Assembly (NCBI RefSeq): GCF_009914755.1
Contig: NC_060936.1
DNA length: 64,000 bases
Direction: 5' to 3' (one strand)
DNA from: the human T2T-CHM13v2.0 reference genome, Homo sapiens
Shown: piece by piece, positions 55,077-64,000 of the stretch
How positions within the stretch are numbered: the stretch's first letter is position 1
How the letters are laid out: the number at the start of each line of letters is the position of its first letter
Made by a program: the position numbers and the translations under genes
The notes under the pieces: model-generated
Database searches by the model: none
The model's input: only the letters and a program-made list of their open reading frames with translations
Told to the model about the DNA's origin: nothing

Positions 55077-56075
55077 ATTCTTTTAAAGAACAAATGAAAC
55101 ATTAACACAAATTGGTCAAATTCTATGTCACAAATTAACATTAAATACCAAAATTTATCATACAGACTATGTTGTCTGATCATAAAGCAGTGAAATGGAT
55201 AGCTTTAAAAAATCTCATGTATCTGGAATCTCCAAAGCATTCCATTAAAAAACAAAGAACAACAGCAACAGTGTAATCTTAGAACTGAACCATGGTAAAA
55301 ATAAATAAGAAAACAAAATCTGTGAAACACTGCTAAGAAAAGTAATAGTTAAAAATACAAAATAAACAAGAGCAAGAAATATTTTAAAATAAATGAATTG
55401 AGTTTAACTGGAAAAGCTGAAATGAAAGCCACAAACTAAAGAAATAAGAGAAAAGTAAATTATAAAGACAGAGGAAGGAAAGAATACTATAGAGAACAAC
55501 GATACAAAAATAAGAGTAAGAAAATCACAAACTGTTTTCTTCAAAAGATTAACAAAATAATCAGTTTTCAATAGTTATCCTGAAAAAGGTATAAGCAATT
55601 AATAAAAATGAACAAATAACTACAGATAGCAGATATTTACAAGTAATGAATGACAAGTTTAAAATGATGGTTTTGAAAAACATGCACTAGAAATTAAACA
55701 TAAACAACATTCTGAAGAATATAATTTTGCTACAATGAGCCATTAGCCATGAAGGAAGACCCCAGGAACAAATGGTTTCATAGGTATATTGCATCAAATT
55801 CCATGAATCAGGAAATTCCTTTCTTATACCATTTTTTCCAAATAGGAACATTCAAAAAGTGCTTTCATTTTGTGATGCTAGTGTCATTTTGATGTCAAAA
55901 CAGATATTGACAGCACACACACATAAAGGGAAAATTACTTAGTATGAGCCTAGCTTAATCATGAATACAGATTCAACAATTGTAAATAAAAGCTCAATTC
56001 AACAGTGAATAAAATTATATACAAAAATAAAAAAGTTTGTTGTAGAAAGGCAAGAGTGGTTTGACATTAGAAACA
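55077..56075 (+). mobile_element. Highly diverged L1M ORF2 fragment
   Basis: CATACAGACTATGTTGTCTGATCATAAAGCAGTGAAA, CCCAGGAACAAATGGTTTCATAGGT, GGCAAGAGTGGTTTGACATTAGAAA. Confidence 0.7.
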
Positions 56076-56084
56076 TCTGTATAG

Positions 56085-56800
56085 CTGATGTAAGGATTTT
56101 GGGTTTTATCTGTCTGGTCTCAGATAAATGTTAAATCCTTTGTAGGTTTAAGCATGGGAGTAAATGTCAAATTTACCTTATGGAAAGACCATTCAATTTT
56201 CAATGTACATTTTTAATTGAAGTGAAAAAGGACTGGAGGATTGGAGATCATTTAGGATATTATCACACAAATCCATGAAGAGGTGACTAGGATTTTAACT
56301 TTAGTAGTGTCATTGGCTGTTGAAAGGATAAAAAGGAAAATGAGTAGGATATATTTTGTCATCAAGCTGCAACTTCTTTGAGCACGAAAGAGTGTAACCC
56401 ATATTTAAACTAGAACAACAGGTAAAGTCTAGAACTTCCCAGGGCTAGCAAGGATCTGTTGTCACCATTCATACAAGGAACTATCAGAGAACAAAATATG
56501 CAGAATTTGGCAGTAATTAAATGTGTGAAGTGAGGGAAAGAATGGAACAAATAATGACTCCCAGATTTCTGGCTTGGATCACTAGTAAATAATGGAGGAG
56601 AAGATTGGGGGTATGAGAGTGGAGTGGGAATATGATGAAATTATTCTCAGAGATGTTGAGTTAAATTTGCGTGTAAAATATCAAAAGGGAGAAGGCACTT
56701 GAGTGAATTTTTCTGACAGTGGTCAGAAGAGAAGTCTGGATAGAAGGTATGGACCTGTATGACTCAAGACAGAGATGGGAGTTCAGTCCCTGAGAGTGAA
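56085..56800 (-). mobile_element. L2 fragments
   Basis: ATGACTCCCAGATTTCTGGCTTGG, TCAGAAGAGAAGTCTGGATAGA. Confidence 0.6.
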
Positions 56801-57144
56801 TTCACCTTTCCAAAAAGCAAATATTGTTTTGTGCAGAAAACATATAGCCTTCCTTCAGTAGAAAGCAACTCATTAGATCATTTGGGAAAGATCCCAAATC
56901 CCCAATTCCTGGGCCTATATTTAATCAAAAATTACACACTTATTTTTAAGTACCGTTTTTTCCTTTATCCTAAAGATTTTTGTCAAATTCAAAATATTAT
57001 CAGTATAGAATATTTCTTGATACTTCGAGTTTAAAATAGCGCATGCTTACGTGGGTAGAATAGAGATAAATTATAAGTCACAAATATTTGAAAGAAGGTA
57101 TAGTTTGAATAGTCTATTCGCATTACTACTAATAAAATAATATT

Positions 57145-57360
57145 AATTTCTAACACTTATTCACCACTTACTTTGTGCCAAGCACTGTTGTAAGGGCATT
57201 ATTTGAAATGCCTCACTTGAAATTCGCAACCTGTTGGGGATATTAGTGGGATACTACCGTATTCTTTAATTACAAGTTAAGAAAATTATGGCCCAGAAAG
57301 GTTAAGTGACTTGTTCAAATGATCACAGCTAATAAGTGATAGATTCATGACTCAGATTCT
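57145..57360 (-). mobile_element. MIR
   Basis: ACTTTGTGCCAAGCACTGT...AGAAAGGTTAAGTGACTTGTTCAA...ATCACAGCTAATAAGTG. Confidence 0.85.
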
Positions 57361-58237
57361 TCACTCTTAGTCACTCTTCCATTCCAATGGAATGAACCTC
57401 ACGTAAAATGCAACTCAATTTTAATTTTCACTAATGCTGCAATTAATACGGACATATGCATAGATTTTGTCCCTTATTCATCATCATAGTTCAAGTAAGA
57501 GCAACCTAAAAGTGTTTTAATTTTCATTCATATGTTAGAATGTTTTCATATAAAATAGTTTTAACTAAAAAGTGAAACATTTCACTATTAATTTATCCTT
57601 TTATTTATGATAACAGGCAGTTTCCTTGAATATTTAATCTTGGGTCTCCACTGTGCACACTGATCCATATAAATACCACACTTTGCGATGGGGCATCAAT
57701 AATCAAAACTTTTTGATTATCAAATATTCCAGAAAATAGTGTATTTTCTTTCCTGTATATCAAATTATTTTTACTTTTAAAAATATGATAGTGATCTTAA
57801 TAAAGTGTTTGAAAACATTTTTTAAATCCTATTTTTGTCAATGAAATCAGCATACTTACCATCACATATGATTTTTAAAAATCCTTAGAATTAAAATAAT
57901 CTTTAACTGTACTGACTGCACATTCTCCAGATCCAATCAATAGCCAAGATGTACTGGTTATACTTCCCTGTAGTCTCATACATCTTATCCTCTTCCTTTC
58001 TATTCTTACTGTCACTACTATAGTTTCATTTCTTGTCATATCTGCTTAAAACACTGTAAGAACTTCATAACCTGTGTCCTGTTCTTTAATTTCCCTCCAG
58101 TTTAGTTTATCCTTCACATTGCTTTCAGATACATCTTCATTAAAGCACAATCATAATCATGTAACTTGCATTTTCAAAATGATTCTAATACTCTATTTGG
58201 CCTAGCAAATTACATCACTATCTCTTGAGTTTGACAT

Positions 58238-59472
58238 TAGTGTGCTGGAGAAAGCTCATATCACTTTCCGAGACTGAATGTTAAATTTTGAGAAATTTTG
58301 TGACCCAATTGTTAAATACAAGTATTAGGAAAGATTAAATTATATAAACAGAATTAAACATTTTTGTTAAAAACAAAGGTAATAAAACTTCAAAATTCAT
58401 TACTTTAAAATTATTTTGCCATTTTACCATTATGCTCTTGAGGTTATTAACATATGTTGCATCTGTATGGTGGAAATACTCTTTATGGTGTGATACTATG
58501 CATCTTTTCCTAACTGCGTACAGTAATGTGTTGTTAGTAAATTGAAATCACCATTATGGGAAAATTTACACCACAGAAATGGGAAAATATTGCATATTGG
58601 GAATAAAAATGAATTGTTTTCTTGAGTGTGTACAAAGTTGGCAAATGATAGCCAGTGGACCAGCTGCTGGTTTTTGTATTAAAATTCAGCCATGTTCATT
58701 TTTTAGGTATTGCCTATGACTGTTTTTACACTGCAGTGGCAGACTAGAGTAGTTTTGGCAGAGACAATTGGCTCCCAACCCTGAAATATTTATTCTCTGG
58801 CCCTTTAAGAAACAGTTTGCTTATGATTGCAAGGGGAAAGCAGCCAAAACTAACAGGGAAACAAATGGAAGTTCCTGTGTTTTAATAAAACGTTATTTGC
58901 AAAAACAGATGGTGGGCCAAACATGGCCCATAGACTGTGTATAATTTGCTAACCCTTGGTCTTGACTTACAAAAGTAATAGAAAAAAATGTTAATAATGC
59001 ACATCAAACTTAAAAATGTGTTCTGTGTAGCCCTCAAATTATGACTATTATAACAAATTGAAGAAATATTCTTTCAGTTTTCAAAAACTATTATGTGTAT
59101 GATTTAAAAGTTGTGCATGTCATTGAAAAAAAATGAATAAATGTCCAACATTCATCTTTATTGTTTTACTCTCATCTTACTCATTAATGTAAGCCAAACT
59201 ATCAACCAATATTCATGTTGGAACTATAATGAGTTGTTAATTGCAACTATAGTTTGGCTTTGGATACAAGAGTGCATCAATATCAATGAAAGTACTCTGT
59301 GAGAATTATTTGACTACGTGGAAATTATAATAAAAAGTACTGTATTTTATCATCATTTATAAAATTGTGAGTTACACATCCTTTACACCAATAACATAAA
59401 TTAATGTACATGAATCTGTGTGTATATATACATTTTATGAGAGCTGGTGTTAAGTACATATCAGCAGACCAT
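58238..59472. mobile_element. MER63 (hAT-Blackjack) element with nested MER58 pieces at about 58630-58958
   Basis: GTGTGCTGGAG start, TGTTAAATTTT, GTATGGTGGAAATACT, end GAGAGCTGGTGTTAA...CAGCAGACCA; two oppositely oriented MER58 segments inside. Confidence 0.75.
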
Positions 59473-60285
59473 GGGAAATAGCTCTATTTTCAGCTTCTTT
59501 CCCTCATTTACAGGCGTTCAAATGAAAGTGAATATGTGCTCTTCCATGAGCACACCTTTCATTTTCCCAACTCCCTGTGCCTGGGTTGCTCCTTCCACAT
59601 GGAATGACTTCGCAAACTAATTCTGTTATTATTGCTTTATACACATTTCAAGACTTAGTTCATATGGCGCCTTCATTAAGAGTACCATTACCTCTCAGGT
59701 TACATATGACTTATTTCTGCAGTAAGTACCAAGAGTGCTTTTTATATTTCTTTGCAACACATCAGAGTTTTTTGTATACTTTTTAGGTATTGCCTGTGAC
59801 TGCCTTTGCACTGCAGTGGCAGAATAGAGTAGTTTTGGCAGAGATAGTTGAAAAAAAAGTTCCTTCTTGATTAAAACTTCCTTGAGAGCACATGTTTTAT
59901 CTCTTCAATTTTTCACTCTTTATGGAATCTAGTTGTGTCTACTCATAGCGTTTAATGCACTTTATTGAATTGAACTGAATAATAAAATTGCTGAGATATT
60001 TTTGTTAGCATTATTTCCTCCACATAATCTCCCTTTAGTATGACTCACTTTCTCCTAAAACACATCTTTTACATGAATGCCCTTTCTTAGAGTTATTCTC
60101 TAAGAAATAACTTCTTCATCTATTTCTCTTCTCATCTGAATCCTACCTACTCGTTAAGACCCACGTTGTTTCCCTTCTCAAGCAAGTAATATTCCCTGAA
60201 ATTAAGAGCCAAAGGATAGATTCCTCAGTGTGCTTCACTTGTCTAGTACTTTTCTTAAATGTTATATATTTTTAAAATTGCCTTC

Positions 60286-60626
60286 TGTCTTAATTCAGGC
60301 TGCTATAACAAAGCACCACAGACTGGGTGGCTTATAAATAACAGAAACTTATTTATCGTAGCTCTAGAAGTCCAAAATCAGGGTGCCAGCATGGTCAGGT
60401 TCTGATGAGGACCCTTCTGTAGGTTGCACATTGTGGTCTTCTTGTCGTATCCTCCCATGGCTAGAGAGCTCCCTGGGGTATAAGGACACTAATTTCATTC
60501 CTGAGGGCTCCACTCTCATGACCTAATTGCTCCCCAAAGGTCCCACCTCCTAATACCATCACATTGGGGGTTAGAATTTCAGCATATGAATTTGGGGGTG
60601 GGGGACAAAACGTTAAGTCTATAACA
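60286..60626 (-). mobile_element. MLT1A-like LTR within an L2 tail
   Basis: GGCTGCTATAACAAAGCACCACAGACTGGGTGGCTTA...CCTCCTAATACCATCACATTGGGGGTTAG...TATAACA. Confidence 0.92.
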
Positions 60627-63134
60627 TCTCCATAGCTGGCTATAAGATTCTTGAAGAAAAGAATATCTTTCTCATCTTTAAAAGGCAGAGTACTTCTAAA
60701 GTACTCAGCACAGAATGTCACACTCAAATGCTCAATAAAAAGTTTCTTGAATAAATTTTTCATGTCTCTGTATTGTCAATGGTGGTAAATGGTGCTGAAC
60801 ACATTGTAGTCATTCAATAAAAAGGTGCTGATTGATAGATATGTTAGTGAAACATAAAAACTGAAAGTAGTTGAAAATTAGACTCATATTTTATTGAAAT
60901 GCAATAAAACTATCTTCGGTTTCTAAGTATTTTAATGCTTTCAACTTTTGTTTCATCTTTCCATCACAGCTAAATTTTTATGCAATGTCATGAGGCTGTT
61001 GTCTGCTCAAATTTATAAGACTCTTAAAAATGCTCAAGCCCCATAGCAGTGCCAGGATCTAGGAAATCTGCAGTCATTTATGATTAATGATGCTCTGTGT
61101 TTTGTGAGGCATTATTAAAAACAGAAGCCTATGACTTCACTGTTTCTGACAATAACTTTGAACACAAGGTCAGTCCTTCAATTTTAACATTTCTTTGTAA
61201 GATTAAAAGAAAGTAAAAACAATCACATTGGGAGCTTCACCCAGATGTCAGAAAATAAGAGACACAAGTTTTCAATCTGTTTCTTCCAATGAAACATCAT
61301 CTCATTCATGGGATATTGATGATGAGCAAATGTTACTGAAGGGCAAATCTAGTCATCAGAAAAACATAGAGTTCAGGACTCTATCAGGCATCACATAGTC
61401 AATTCATAGAAGATGTTAACCAAAAGACTTAAGAGCAGCTTAGCAAATGCAGTTTAATATTTGCATTTCTCTCCAGATGAATAATTGGAAAAAGAGTTAT
61501 CAACCTTTACAAAATCAAAGTATTCAAGGTTCTGTTAAAAATGTAAGCAACTCCTAGATGTTTCCTGAAAACAAAAAGTTATGTTAGAGCCATTTTTATT
61601 CAATTACTTAAAAATCATAATGTGCTACAGCAAATTAAAAAGTAAAAATAACATGATACTTTGTTTTTAAATAGAAATTTCAGATTCAAGAACACACATA
61701 GTTCTCCCTTTATATAAGAAGATAAATATATATAAATAAATGTTTTATCTATAATAGATTATTTGAAATTATTGTCATTTCTAAAGGGAATGCATGCTTT
61801 TACAAAAAAAATTAATTCAAACATATTAACTCTGCTTACTGACAAAAGTTTACAATCCATAGGAAATAAAAGCTAATTTCTTATAAGAATTAGTACAGCC
61901 TTCAAAATATACCATTGCATTGAATTCCATTTCTGCTACCAACTGAAAAGCCGGCTTTTAATTGTCAGGTAATACAGTGATCATATTCAAAATAGCCACA
62001 TAATTGTGTGACTTTTTCCATGTTAGAAGTACCTCACTGGTTGCTAGGCCATAGGCTGACCTTAAATTTGTATGAAAAATTAAGTGGAAGGCCAACAGTT
62101 GAGTTGTGGTTTCTCTCAGTTTCATATGATTGCCCTGGAGTCTGGCAAGGAAAGAAAAAAAACAGCTGCCTGATGGGAATTGTCACTTTCTAATCCTTCA
62201 ATGAAACAGTACTAGAGAGGATTTAGTTGGAGCCAGCTTCCAGCCAATCCTTCTTTCTGAAAATGTGATGATGTGAGGATAGACAAGCCAAAAGGAAGAT
62301 ATAATCCAAAAAATGTCTTCCTCACTTTATTACTGAAAGTTAACTTCTTTAAAAAATTTTTTAAAAAGTCCACTTGCCTTTTTGCTTCAAAGCAGTAAAA
62401 TGATGTGTCAAAGCTATGTAGTTAAATTAACAGTCTTGGGCTGTAAGAACAAAGATCCTAACATGTCGTGTGTTCAGTTGTTAGAGTAACCCCAATTTAT
62501 CGTAATCAAACAAGAGATATCTGAGAAAGAGAACCCATTCACAACTTTGCAGTTTAAAACCTTCTTTTCAATGTAACTGAACAGGATTTGTGAATTAGGG
62601 GGTGTTTGTACACGTGTGCTGAAATAAGCTCTTTGCAGTGAATGTCACAAAGGAAGTGAATTATAGGCTTTGTAATAAGACACCTTTTTCTTTAAGTAAT
62701 AAGAGTATGGTGTTGCTTTCTACCAATGAAAATGTCATCCTCTGTGTATGGAACTTTTGCTGGTTGTTTAATTATTTGATATACCTTTGCTTCCATACAT
62801 TCAGTATTTGCTCAATCACTTTCAAAGTACTATACTTTGTAAATAGATCCAAATGTTCTGAATGTGGATTTCTAAAAGTGTTGGTTAAGTTCCAAGAAAT
62901 GGAAAATACAAATAACTGGCTCAAAAAATTGTTGTTCGTATTTCTCCTTTACATTCTGTGGGTTAAGCAAACTAAAAGCAAAGGAGTAGAAATATAAAAT
63001 ACTTTGATGAGATTTTAAAATCCTCCTAGACACACGAAGTGAATCAGCAACATAGGAATCTCTTCCCTGTGAAGGAATTGTTGTGTTTTTTTGTTTGTTT
63101 TTGTTTTTTATTTTTATCCCCATGTACTCATGGC

Positions 63135-63715
63135 TTTCATTCATTCACTCTTTCCTATAACAAATATTTATTGGGCACCAACCATGATAAATCTTCATTC
63201 CAGGCTCTGAGGATGTAGCAAAAAGAGAAGGTAGGCCTGGTCTCATTCTCATACACATAGAGCCTCGCGATGGGAATAGCATGATAACCAAGCAAATTAA
63301 CAAGAATAAGACAAATAGCAAATGTTAAGGCCTCCTTGTGGAGATGACTTGAATAGCTGAGATCTGAATGATAAGATGGCATAAATTATATGAATATCTG
63401 TACAGAAATTCAAGGCAAAGGATGCAAGGGCCCTGAAGGAATAAGCTGGGTGTGTTGGAAGAACTGAAATAAAGGTATGCATTGCTGGAGTGCCAGTGTG
63501 AGCGAAGTGGGTAAAAGAGGGGTGAGAGGAGATCAGAGGAATGTGAGGCCAGATCACAGACTACTGCACAGGCTAGGGCAATAAGTTAGAATTTCCTCTG
63601 GCTGTGATGGAAAGCCATTAAAAGATACTAAGAAGGGGAGTATTATGAATTATGTTTTTAAAAACATCCTTCTGTCCATTATATATAGAATAGATTATAG
63701 ACAAGCAGTAGTTGA
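63135..63715 (-). mobile_element. L2a-like fragment
   Basis: TTCATTCATTCA...AACAAATATTTATTGGGCACC, GGCCAGATCACA, GATGGAAAGCCATT. Confidence 0.85.
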
Positions 63716-63721
63716 AATAAG

Positions 63722-64000
63722 TTTCTTTATTTTAACTTTTATTTCAGATTCAGGAGTACATGTGCAAGTTTGTTAATACAGGTAAACTTGTCTCATTGGG
63801 GTTTGGTGTACAGACCATTTTATCACCCAGCTACTAAGCATAGTACTCAATAGTTACTTTTCCTGATCCTTTCTGTCTTCTCACCATCCTCCCTCAAGTA
63901 GACCTTAATGTCTGTTATTCTCCTCTCTGTGTCCATTGGTTCTGATTATTTAACTCCAACTTATAAGTGAGAATATGTGGTATTTGATTTTCTGTTCCTG
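63722..64000 (-). mobile_element. L1PA 3' end (runs off the window)
   Basis: TTTTAACTTTTATTTCAGATTCAGGAGTACATGTGCAAGTTTGTT, CTTATAAGTGAGAATATGTGGTATTTG. Confidence 0.93.

Overview
AT-rich, CpG-poor primate (most likely human) non-coding DNA, probably part of a large intron. Primate origin rests on AluY/AluS, L1PA/PB, THE1 and MST elements. I recognise no complete protein-coding gene, RNA gene, CRISPR array or prokaryotic system. The listed ORFs I could trace are Alu, L1, LTR or simple-repeat artefacts. Much of the window is interspersed repeat, often nested: 8 Alus, L1 pieces, many L2/MIR, MaLR/ERVL LTRs, MER58, MER63, Tigger4 and a MuDR-type Ricksha. Family calls come from my recall of consensus sequences, and boundaries of old elements are approximate. 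Signals not explained by the repeats: (1) a cluster of + strand splice acceptors in the repeat-free first 4.6 kb plus a clean 36-nt candidate cassette exon at 21229-21264, all readable in phase 2, suggesting alternative C-terminal or cassette exons of an unidentified host gene; (2) a 95-nt hairpin with perfect 40-bp arms inside an old L2 tail (11416-11510); (3) several other short-spacer inverted repeats and a 65-bp local templated duplication. I found no evidence of a wholly new biological system; these are candidates needing alignment and RNA data.
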